64,000 nucleotides of DNA from an uncultured Anaerolineaceae bacterium. Lineage in GTDB: Bacteria; Chloroflexota; Anaerolineae; Anaerolineales; E44-bin32. The translations under genes and the position numbers were made by a program. Within the stretch, counting starts at the first letter, position 1. Every line of letters starts with the position of its first letter. A model generated the notes under the pieces. It was not told where the DNA came from and did not search any database. It saw nothing but the letters and a program-made list of their open reading frames with translations. Shown piece by piece: positions 55,193 through 63,081 of this stretch. Where the stretch lies: contig CAZBLT010000008.1 in assembly GCA_964492745.1 (NCBI GenBank), forward strand, positions 8,239 to 72,238, in the 5' to 3' direction.

Positions 55193-57400
55193 CTAGCCCA
55201 AGCCGAGCAGGCGGCCGATCTGGTATACGCCGACAGCCATGACCCACGCCAGGACCAATTGATAGGCGGCCGAGAAGAGCGCCCACTTGCCGCCAAACTC
55301 GCTCCGAAATGCGGCCAGGGTAGCCACGCAAGGGACATAGAGGAGAACGTACACAAGGAAGGCAAAGGCCGATAAAGGCGCGAATTCGCGCGCCAAGGCC
55401 TCTCCTAACGCAGGACTTGCCACGGCCTGTTCACCGCTTGGGAAGAGAGACAGACCCGGCGTCAATACGTCCAAAAGGCGTTTTCCCGCCTCCAGCGTAG
55501 CGGTCAAGAAACCCGATCCGATCTGCGCCAAGTCATGGCCGATATCCACGTGATCGGGGACGGCTATCTCGCCTCCGCCGCCGAGGTAGATCTGAGACAT
55601 GGTTGATACGACCACCTCCTTGGCGATCAGACCCGTCACTAGTGAACCTGCCGCCTCCCACTGGCCAAAGCCCGCAGGCCGGAAGATCGGCGCGATCGTC
55701 TTGCTCACACTTCCGAACCAGCTTTTCTCCAGGCTCTGTGCACCCCAGGGCATATTGAGCAGAAACCAGATGCCTACGGAAGCCGCCAAGATCACCGTGC
55801 CGGCCTGGCGCAAGAAACGTCCAACCCGCTGAGAAACATGAACCCACAGACCTTGAGGCGTGGGCAACCGATAGGGAGGCAACTCCATGACAAAATGCGG
55901 GGCCTCCTCCGTTCGGAACAGGACGGCTCTAAAAAGAAGTCCGACGATCGCGGCCATTGCCACCCCCAGGGCATAGAGCGACCAAATGACCAGGTTGGCC
56001 CGCGCGCCGAAGAACGCCATACTAATAACGACATACACCGGCAAACGCGCCGAGCAAGACATGAGCGGCACAAGCAACGCGGTGAGAATGCGATCACGTC
56101 GCCGCGTGAGCATCCGGGTGGCGTAGATAGCCGGCACGGCGCATCCAAACCCAAGGACGAGAGGCACAAAACTCTTCCCGCTCAATCCCAGGAAAGACAT
56201 CAGGCGATTCATCACGAAGGCCGCTCGAGCCAGGTAGCCGCTGTCCTCCAAGAACCCGATAAACGCAAAGAGAACAATCAGTCCCGGGACGAAGACAAGC
56301 ACGCCGCCAGCGCCGGCGATCACCCCCTTGACAACAATGCTCATGAGCCAATCTGGGGCGCCCAAAGCATGCAGCCCAGCCAGACTCCAGCGCGCAATGG
56401 GTCCTCCGAAGAGGTTATCGACCCAATCGAGATACGGCGCCGAGACTTCCACAATCAACTGAAAGACCAGATACATCATAATAAGAAAGATGGGGATGCC
56501 GAGAAGAGGGTGGGTGAGCACACGATCAATGCCCTCCGATTTCGTCGCCGGCATTTCCCTCGGGCGAATAAGCGTCGGCTTAACGACCTTGCTTACGAAA
56601 GTGTAGCGGCGGTCTGCGACGGCAATAGAGGTCCCCTCCGGAAAGTGAGCATCGAGCCGCTCATGCGCCGCCTGGAGGCGGCGCAGCAACTCTTGCGCAT
56701 GTGGCTCGCGTTTCAGATTGGCGAGAAGATCAGGTTCCCCTTCAAGAAGCTTCAGAGCCAGCCAGCGCGGTTCAAATTTCCGCGACAGCTCTGGATCCTC
56801 GGCGATTTGCGCCACTAGGCCAGCAATTTCCTCTTCGATTTCAGGACCATAGTCAATGACGAAGGGTTTGCTATGATCGTCCTCCCGCTCAAGGGATTCC
56901 GCCACCTCGAGAATGGCCGCTTTCAGATCCTCCAGGCCTTCCCGGCGCGTGGCGGTCATCCCTATGATAGGGATGCCCCCGAGCTGCGCCGAGAGCATGT
57001 CGCGATCAATGCGAAGGCCCAGAGAGTGGGCCACATCACTCATGTTCAGCGCCACGATCGTAGGCAATCCCATCTCCAGGATCTGAGCCACGAGGTACAA
57101 ATTGCGTTCCAAGTTTGAAGCGTCCACGACCACCACGACCAGATCGGGATCCCCCGACCGGAGATAGTCGCGCGCGATGAGCTCCTCTTCTGAGTAGGCC
57201 GTGAGACTATAGGTCCCGGGAAGGTCAACGACATCCATTTCCCAACCATCGCAACGCAGGTGTCCGCGTTTCGACTCGACCGTCTTTCCAGGCCAATTTC
57301 CTACATGCTGGTGGGAGCCAGTCAGCGCGTTGAAGAGTGTCGATTTCCCTGCGTTGGGGTTACCCGCCAAAGCCAAGGTCAGCTTACGAGTTTCCGCCAT
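55193..57400 (-). CDS. feoB: ferrous iron transporter B
   Basis: N-terminal G domain LALAGNPNAGKSTLFNALTG and DLPGTYSL, followed by a polytopic membrane domain. GAGGAGG lies before ATG 57400. Confidence 0.93.
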   Translation of the reverse strand: MAETRKLTLALAGNPNAGKSTLFNALTGSHQHVGNWPGKTVESKRGHLRCDGWEMDVVDLPGTYSLTAYSEEELIARDYLRSGDPDLVVVVVDASNLERNLYLVAQILEMGLPTIVALNMSDVAHSLGLRIDRDMLSAQLGGIPIIGMTATRREGLEDLKAAILEVAESLEREDDHSKPFVIDYGPEIEEEIAGLVAQIAEDPELSRKFEPRWLALKLLEGEPDLLANLKREPHAQELLRRLQAAHERLDAHFPEGTSIAVADRRYTFVSKVVKPTLIRPREMPATKSEGIDRVLTHPLLGIPIFLIMMYLVFQLIVEVSAPYLDWVDNLFGGPIARWSLAGLHALGAPDWLMSIVVKGVIAGAGGVLVFVPGLIVLFAFIGFLEDSGYLARAAFVMNRLMSFLGLSGKSFVPLVLGFGCAVPAIYATRMLTRRRDRILTALLVPLMSCSARLPVYVVISMAFFGARANLVIWSLYALGVAMAAIVGLLFRAVLFRTEEAPHFVMELPPYRLPTPQGLWVHVSQRVGRFLRQAGTVILAASVGIWFLLNMPWGAQSLEKSWFGSVSKTIAPIFRPAGFGQWEAAGSLVTGLIAKEVVVSTMSQIYLGGGGEIAVPDHVDIGHDLAQIGSGFLTATLEAGKRLLDVLTPGLSLFPSGEQAVASPALGEALAREFAPLSAFAFLVYVLLYVPCVATLAAFRSEFGGKWALFSAAYQLVLAWVMAVGVYQIGRLLGLG

Positions 57401-57776
57401 GCCCCTCCTCATCCGGTGGGCGATGCCTGCCCGATTTCCACCAGCCCCGGCCAAGGCCCCTCAGGCCCGTGCTCCAGGGCCTTCCCCCTCTGCGGCCCCA
57501 CCCGGTCCGCCGTCGATGCCTCCTGCGAGGGCAGGGACGATGCATTCGAACCCGCATGCAGGCTGCGGTCTCACGATCTACAGCCAGACGCGTGCCCCGC
57601 ACCTGAATCAGAATGGGTTGACCCGGGGCGGCTCGCAAGACGCGGATAGGTATGCCTGGTGTCAGGCCCAGCTCGGCCAGACGATGGGCCCGTCGGCCGC
57701 TGCTCTCGAAGCCTCGCAAGATCACCACGTCGCCTTCGGCGGCCGCGCTAAGGAGAAATTCCTTGGCCCCGTTCAT
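57384..57776 (-). CDS. feoA: FeoA domain protein with an Arg/Gly-rich C-terminal extension
   Basis: FeoA-type SH3-like core (GDVVILRGFESSGRRAHRLAELGLTPGIPIRVLR..PILIQVRGTRLAV). ATG 57776 overlaps the dtxR stop (ATGA). The ~50-aa tail is of uncertain reality. Confidence 0.7.
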   Translation of the reverse strand: MNGAKEFLLSAAAEGDVVILRGFESSGRRAHRLAELGLTPGIPIRVLRAAPGQPILIQVRGTRLAVDRETAACMRVRMHRPCPRRRHRRRTGWGRRGGRPWSTGLRGLGRGWWKSGRHRPPDEEGHGGNS

Positions 57777-58456
57777 GCAGACTCCTCGGTCAAGCACACC
57801 CTGACGTGACTCGCCGTGCTGTGGTGCAGATGCCGCCGCTCCCCGCCGATTCGCAACGTCTGCATCCCGCCTTGCTGGCCCGGGTCGGTCAGAATGAACG
57901 CCTGGCCTGGCATGAGCCCGATCGCCTCGATCTCCGCAAGGACTTCCGCGCTCTCTGGGTAGATTCGCCGCACCACGGCCCTGGATCCGGCTGGTAGCGA
58001 GGCCAAGTCGACATCTTCAGATTTCGCGGTAACGCCCGCCTCGGAGGGAATCGGATTGCCATGCGGACACCGCTCCGGCTGGCCTAGCCGCCGGGCAAGA
58101 TGCTCTGTCAAGATCGAGGCAGAGATGTGTTCCAATTGGCAGGCAAGGTCATGCGCTTGAGACCATGGCACACCTAGTTCGTCCACCAGGAAACGTTCCC
58201 ATAACCGGTGGCGCCGCACGACCAGGTTGACCCTCTGTTTGCCGATTTCCGTGAGCCGCACACCCTTGTAGGGCCGATGAATGAGCATCCCCATGTCCTG
58301 TAGGCGGCCCACTTTCTCGCTCGCGGAAACGGTAGAGATCCCCAGCGATTGAGCCAGGCCCGTCACCGGCACGAACTGTCGCCCTACCGCCAGCTCGCGG
58401 ATCGCCTTGAGATACATCTCCGTGTTCTCAGCCTGAAGCCCGCGCTGGACTTCCAT
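57773..58456 (-). CDS. DtxR/MntR-family metal-dependent regulator with C-terminal FeoA/SH3-like domain
   Basis: MYLKAIRELA, wHTH TGLAQSLGISTVSASEKVGRLQDMGMLI, metal-site region RRHRLWERFL..AHDLACQLEH. Confidence 0.85.
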   Translation of the reverse strand: MEVQRGLQAENTEMYLKAIRELAVGRQFVPVTGLAQSLGISTVSASEKVGRLQDMGMLIHRPYKGVRLTEIGKQRVNLVVRRHRLWERFLVDELGVPWSQAHDLACQLEHISASILTEHLARRLGQPERCPHGNPIPSEAGVTAKSEDVDLASLPAGSRAVVRRIYPESAEVLAEIEAIGLMPGQAFILTDPGQQGGMQTLRIGGERRHLHHSTASHVRVCLTEESA

Positions 58457-58474
58457 CGGCCTGTCCTTTCGATT

Positions 58475-58505
58475 TGTATAGATCGCTAAAGTTAGGGTGT
58501 CCTAA
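58475..58505 (-). promoter_or_regulatory. candidate promoter plus operator of the dtxR-feo operon
   Basis: Minus strand: AGGACA (58503-58498), 17 nt, TATACA (58480-58475). The 5-4-5 inverted repeat TTAGG GTGT CCTAA (58492-58505) covers the -35 element. Confidence 0.4.
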
Positions 58506-58534
58506 TATTAATCCAAATTCCTAGGATTATTCAT

Positions 58535-58548
58535 ATGACAGTTGTCAT
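58535..58548. promoter_or_regulatory. 6-2-6 inverted repeat ATGACA GT TGTCAT
   Basis: Seen directly, about 80 nt upstream of the dtxR ATG. Confidence 0.35.
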
Positions 58549-58656
58549 GCTTTGGGCGGCGATTACTCCCCAAGACACATAGTTGCCCCCTATGTGGCGA
58601 GGAGTCTCTTCTTGGCGGGAAATCTGCAATCCCGCGAACTTGCGGTCGAAACTTGG

Positions 58657-59829
58657 CTAGTTCGAAGGGGAGGTCCCGTGCGGGGGCTGGCTCAGATTCC
58701 GCGGCTCGGCGGCCGGCTCCACATCGAAGCCATCACGCCCATGGAACTCGAGGAAGTTGACGATCCCGGGCTTGAGCCAGAATTGGGCCGTATAGGCGCG
58801 GCCGGCAAAGTTGATTTGGATCTCATACGGGCCGGATGGAAGATCGCTGATGACGAAATTTTCATGGTAATGATCGTCCGGATGGATGGTGTCCTCGCGG
58901 GCGTAGGTCCAAACATCCCAGCGCTTGCCGGTCTCCAGCGAACGAATTTGGATGAGATACTCCTGTAGCGGACGTCCGAAGGTATTCTCCACCCGCCCCG
59001 CCAGAACACCCCAGCCCTCCGGCGGAACCATCCACAACTCCGGGTTGCGGGTATCGAAGTAGCGGTTGCCTCCGAGCCGGACCTCAAAGTGCAGGTGAGA
59101 CCCACTGGCATGGCCGGTCTCTCCGACCTCGCCGATCACTTCGCCTTTCTTCACGCGCTGGCCGGGCCAGACAATGGCGGAGGCCAGATGCGCGTAGACC
59201 GTATACAGCTCCTGCCCCTGATAGCCGAAATCATGCCGGATGGCGATTGCCAAGCCATAGGGATCGGTGAAGTCCTCCCAACCACGATACAACCCGTACC
59301 CCACCCAAACCACTTCCCCCTCGCCGGCAGCAATGACAGGCGCGCCGCGCGAGGCCCCCATATCCACCCCTGTATGGATCTTTTCGGTCCCTAACAGCGT
59401 GCTCCCATAGCGGTAGCGCGGGTTGGGCCAATTTACCTCACCCGAAGGAATAGGACGGCCGAAGTAGAAATGGTCGTAGGGTTGAATCGCCCAGGGAGCA
59501 GGGTAGGGCGGGGGCCGCCAATCCAGATCAGGCGTCGGTTCAGGCGTGGGCAAGATCACGGGGCGTGGCGCGGCCGGCATGATGGCCTCGCGCCGGGTTC
59601 CGCCCTCGGTCTGCTTCCCCGGTGCTTCCAAGGTAGGAGAGGGCTGGGCGAGGGTCGGGCTGGCCATAGCCTGTGCGGGTGTTCCTGGCGCGGCTTCCAT
59701 GATCGACGGCGCGCAGGCGCCGAGAAGGGCGGCTGCAGCCACAACCAACATCCACTGCCGACACCCTGCTCCCCGCATGGACTCTCCAATCCGTCCTGAC
59801 GTCTGGCTCATGTTCCCATCATCATACAT
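58657..59829 (-). CDS. M23 family metallopeptidase (lipoprotein-like signal)
   Basis: HTGVDMGA and GHASGSHLHFEV are M23 motifs. N-terminal AAAALLGAC lipobox. Start uncertain. Confidence 0.8.
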   Translation of the reverse strand: MYDDGNMSQTSGRIGESMRGAGCRQWMLVVAAAALLGACAPSIMEAAPGTPAQAMASPTLAQPSPTLEAPGKQTEGGTRREAIMPAAPRPVILPTPEPTPDLDWRPPPYPAPWAIQPYDHFYFGRPIPSGEVNWPNPRYRYGSTLLGTEKIHTGVDMGASRGAPVIAAGEGEVVWVGYGLYRGWEDFTDPYGLAIAIRHDFGYQGQELYTVYAHLASAIVWPGQRVKKGEVIGEVGETGHASGSHLHFEVRLGGNRYFDTRNPELWMVPPEGWGVLAGRVENTFGRPLQEYLIQIRSLETGKRWDVWTYAREDTIHPDDHYHENFVISDLPSGPYEIQINFAGRAYTAQFWLKPGIVNFLEFHGRDGFDVEPAAEPRNLSQPPHGTSPSN

Positions 59830-59859
59830 CCGGGACAGGGCCCCAATGGGAATCCCTCC

Positions 59860-60170
59860 CTATCTCGAGGCCTGTTGCTCCCCAACGTGGGGGCTTGCAA
59901 GATGGGTGCCAAGGCCATCTTGGGGCAAAAAGCCGATTACGCGCTGGCTATGAAACGAAATCAGGGGAGATTGTATGAGGATATTCGCCATCTATTCAAG
60001 GTGGACCGTGAAGATGGATTCAAGGGCTCTCCCTTTGATCATGCCCGGACGGTGAATGGGAGAAGCTTGGCAGCATCGCCGTGGTGAAAGCCACCCGCAA
60101 GATCGGAGAGAAAGAAACGTCAAAGAGGCGCTATGGATTCGGATTACCTGCTCAAAGTGATCCTTTTATG
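59860..60170 (+). mobile_element. decayed ISAs1-family transposase fragment (pseudogene, internal deletions and frame changes)
   Basis: Track ORF 59875-60087 contains GACKMGAKAILGQKADYALAMKRNQGRLYEDI (compare DAMGCQ..IA..I...ADY.LA.K.NQ). Other frames give EKLGSIAVVKATRKIGEKETSKRRY and the C-terminal-like MDSDYLLKVIL. Family assignment is from memory. Confidence 0.6.
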
Positions 60171-60200
60171 AAAACGCGATTGCCCTGGCTGTACATCCCG

Positions 60201-60230
60201 TTGACAAGAATGTAAGGGACGTGCTAATAT
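60201..60230 (+). promoter_or_regulatory. sigma70-like promoter of the wHTH regulator gene
   Basis: TTGACA (60201-60206), 18-nt spacer, TAATAT (60225-60230). Confidence 0.5.
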
Positions 60231-60262
60231 ATTTTCGGTTTTTTCGGCAAGGTGGGATCCCT

Positions 60263-60970
60263 GTGAAATCACTCACCCGGCGCCAGCAAGAATTCCTAGA
60301 GAAGCTTCTTGATCTCTACAGCGAGGAGAGCGAACCGATTCACTATTCCACGATTGCCGAGCACTTGAGTGTGGGGAGGGTGACTGCCTACGAAATGCTG
60401 CGTCTGCTGGAGGATCGGGGGTTAGCCCAGGCCGAATACTATCGTCCTGAGGGAGTCAGCGGCCCCGGGCGCTCCTCCGTGGTCTTTCGACCTACGCCCC
60501 TCGCTGCCAAGGCTATCGCCGATCTGGCTGGGGGTGAGTGGGACGAGAAGGAATGGGAGCAAGCCAAAGCCCGAGTCCTCGAGAAATTGCGTACAGGTAG
60601 GGCGATTGGGTACGAAGCGTTGCTTGAGGAGTTGCTTGCGCGACTTCCCGAGCGGCGCTCTCCGGTCGTCTATGTGACTGAGATGATCGCGGCAGTTATT
60701 CTTGGACTGTACTCTTTGAAAGAGGAGGTCGAGGCACAGGGCGTTGCAAGTCTCCTGCACGAAATCGGTCTTCCAGGAGAAATCGGATTGAGTGCTCTGG
60801 GAGGGCTGAGCGCAGGCCTTTCGTTAGTGGAGCGCATCAATCGCAGAATGGCGAATGTATTTCTTGCACAGGCGAGGAAGTTCCAGAAGTTGCTTTTGGA
60901 GCTCAACGCCGAGAATCGCCGCCGTTTGGCCGAGTTTGCACGGGAGGTTCTGGAGATCGTCGGGATATAG
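60263..60970 (+). CDS. winged-helix transcriptional regulator with unknown C-terminal domain
   Basis: LTRRQQEFLEKLLDLY..IHYSTIAEHLSVGRVTAYEMLRLLEDRGL. The track start 60221 lies inside the promoter, so GTG 60263 with AAGGTGGG upstream is preferred. Confidence 0.6.
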   Translation: MKSLTRRQQEFLEKLLDLYSEESEPIHYSTIAEHLSVGRVTAYEMLRLLEDRGLAQAEYYRPEGVSGPGRSSVVFRPTPLAAKAIADLAGGEWDEKEWEQAKARVLEKLRTGRAIGYEALLEELLARLPERRSPVVYVTEMIAAVILGLYSLKEEVEAQGVASLLHEIGLPGEIGLSALGGLSAGLSLVERINRRMANVFLAQARKFQKLLLELNAENRRRLAEFAREVLEIVGI

Positions 60971-61014
60971 CTTTTTTTGCCGAATATTTTCGTTTTATTC
61001 ACAGGAGGAGCGGA

Positions 61015-61863
61015 ATGACGAATGTTGCGATACTCACCGACAGCTCGGCCTATCTGCCGCCCAGTCTTATTGAGGAATATGACATCAAGGTGATCCCACT
61101 TGTGCTTGTGTGGGGAAGCGAGTGGTTGCTCGACGGAGTGGATATCACGCCAGATGAATTCCACCGGCGCTTGAGTGAAGACCCAACCCTACCAACGACC
61201 ACGCAACCTAACCCCGAGGACTTTCTTCGCATCTTTGACCAATTATCCAAATCATGTGATGGGATTGTCGTTCCCCTCATCTCCTCTGAATTGAGTGGCA
61301 CGGTCGATTCAGCGAAGGCCGCCGCGTCTGAGTTCGACCGCGTTCCGGTAAGCGTTGTGGACAGCCGTTCCACGACGATGGGATTGGGGTTCGCGGCCTT
61401 GGGCGCTGCTCGCGCGGCAGCCGCGGGATTATCGCTTGATGAAGTTGAACGAGCAGCCAGGACGGCTGCTTCAAGCGCCAAGGTAATGTTTGTCGTCGAC
61501 ACCCTCGAGTACCTGCACAGGGGCGGCAGGATCGGCGGCGCGTCACGGTGGCTGGGCACGGCGCTCAGCATCAAGCCTATCTTGCACCTGAACGAGGGTC
61601 GGGTCGACGCGCTGGAACAGGTGCGCACCAAGAAGAAGGCTGTCAGCCGCATGCTCGATCTGGCGGCTGAGCATGCGAGCGAACACCAGGTACGGGCAGC
61701 TGTCATCCATGCAGGTGCGCCTGATGAGGCGGACGCGTTGGCATCTACAGTGGAAAGGCTCTTCGATTGCCTTGAACTCTATGTCACCGACCTTAGCCCA
61801 GTTATCGCCAATCATACCGGCCCGGGAACCCTCGGGTTGACGCTGTGCATCGATGAGGCCTAG
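61015..61863 (+). CDS. DegV family fatty-acid-binding protein
   Basis: VAILTDSSAYLP..IKVIPL, TTTQPNPEDF, LSGT, VVDTLEYLHRGGRIG. AGGAGGAG lies before the ATG. Confidence 0.85.
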   Translation: MTNVAILTDSSAYLPPSLIEEYDIKVIPLVLVWGSEWLLDGVDITPDEFHRRLSEDPTLPTTTQPNPEDFLRIFDQLSKSCDGIVVPLISSELSGTVDSAKAAASEFDRVPVSVVDSRSTTMGLGFAALGAARAAAAGLSLDEVERAARTAASSAKVMFVVDTLEYLHRGGRIGGASRWLGTALSIKPILHLNEGRVDALEQVRTKKKAVSRMLDLAAEHASEHQVRAAVIHAGAPDEADALASTVERLFDCLELYVTDLSPVIANHTGPGTLGLTLCIDEA

Positions 61864-62092
61864 GTGTGTTCCCTATGATTGCGTTGGAGGGCACCTCTTG
61901 GCTCAGTGTGATCCTGGACCTCTGGTTGCATTGGGGATATAGCCGATGGCGGATGCGCCGCGCACAGGGGACGGAACATAGGGATAGGCATATGGAGTGC
62001 AATGGGAAAAGGCCGTCTTCAAGCCGGCGAATGTTCCCTGCGATATCTCTGAGATCATCGGGCTATGAAGTGCCCGATAAGGAGGTGTACTC

Positions 62093-62395
62093 ATGCGCAA
62101 GTGGTTTGAAACAGGGCTGCTGATGAGCCTCGGGGCATTGTCCCTGACGCGCGAAAAGGCCGAGGCCTTGGTAGAGGAGATCGTCGGCCGTGGCGAAGCG
62201 CGCCGCGAGGAAGCCCATGAACTGGTTGACCGGTTGATGAGAAGGGGAGAGGAGGAGCGAAAGGCCTTGCGCAAGCTGATTCGCGACGAAACGAAGGGCG
62301 TTCTGAAAGAGCTCGACCTTGCCAGACGCAGCGACGTCGCGTCGCTCAGCAGGAAGCTCGACGCGTTGATCAAAGAGCTGAGTCAAGAAAGCTGA
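62093..62395 (+). CDS. phasin-like (COG3937-type) small coiled-coil protein
   Basis: MRKWFETGLLMSLGALSLTREKAEALVEEIVGRGE..., C-terminal LARRSDVASLSRKLDALIKEL. AAGGAGGT lies before the ATG. Confidence 0.5.
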   Translation: MRKWFETGLLMSLGALSLTREKAEALVEEIVGRGEARREEAHELVDRLMRRGEEERKALRKLIRDETKGVLKELDLARRSDVASLSRKLDALIKELSQES

Positions 62396-63081
62396 TAGAG
62401 ACGAAAGAACCCGGCGTGCGACTCGTTGCTTCGCTCTTCTTCTCGCCATGCGGTCATTTTTGTGTGGGGCATATTCGCCAGCGCTCTGGCCGCGCACCTA
62501 TGATACGAATTCGTCGAATGTGGGTGGCCCTATTACGGTGGAAGCTCGCGGTTTCCATGAACGAGCGCATACAAATAATGGACCGCATCCTTACAGATTT
62601 CAGTTTGCGAGAGCGAATGAGCGGGGATGCCGGAGAGCAGGTTGAGCGACACAGCCCTCTGTGCATGGCATCTCGATACGAGGCTGTCTATCGAGTGGTG
62701 AGTGACCGGACCTTGCGCCGTCCATGGCCAGGCGCGCCTTCAATAGAAAGCAGCGAGAAGCAGCGAGCCATCCTGGAATCGGAACCCGAGCCGCTTGCCA
62801 GCGGCATGTGCACAATTTCCGGGAGGCGGCTCAATTCGTCGGTCGATGGTCTCTCTCGCGCCTAGCTGATGCTGGTCATATAGGACCCTGCCGGAAAGAG
62901 ATGCAAACGAGAGGGCTGATTGGACCTTTCAGGTGACGCCGGGCGTTGTGAGTAAATCGCGCGAGCCATTTCGAGAGGCGGAAAGCCCGTGGGACGAAAT
63001 GAAACAAGGAATACAGCGGATAGTATTCAAGGACAACGGATATTCCACCACCCTTGAAGCGGACGCACATGAAGGGAACAC

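Noticed and set aside
58492-58505. Canonical 19-bp IdeR/DtxR iron box.
   Set aside because: The arms TTAGG/CCTAA match, but they are separated by 4 nt rather than the consensus spacing. It is kept only as a candidate operator, not called a canonical box.
61958-61970. CGCGCACAGGGGA resembles the 5' conserved CGCACAGGGCAAACC of c-di-GMP-I (GEMM-I) riboswitches, upstream of the phasin-like gene.
   Set aside because: Only about 9 nt match, and that from memory of the Vc2 sequence. The second conserved half (GGACGCAAAGCC) and the paired hairpins are not present.
61866-62123. 85-aa ORF (GTG start) in the DegV/phasin-like spacer.
   Set aside because: It has no SD and an odd composition, and it overlaps the strongly SD-preceded phasin-like start.
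62884-62900. B12-box-like AGGACCCTGCCGG, considered as a cobalamin riboswitch upstream of the radical SAM gene.
   Set aside because: This is only a partial match to the B12 box. None of the other conserved cobalamin riboswitch segments could be recognised, and the position (far 5' of the gene start) is atypical.
62999-63081. Small ORF (MKQGIQRIVFKDNGYSTTLEADAHEGNTW...) just upstream of the radical SAM gene, considered as a RiPP precursor peptide.
   Set aside because: It has no SD, runs on for more than 140 codons overlapping the radical SAM start in another frame, and has no Cys/Ser/Thr-rich core or leader-like features. The radical SAM motif set does not look like a SPASM peptide maturase from what is visible.
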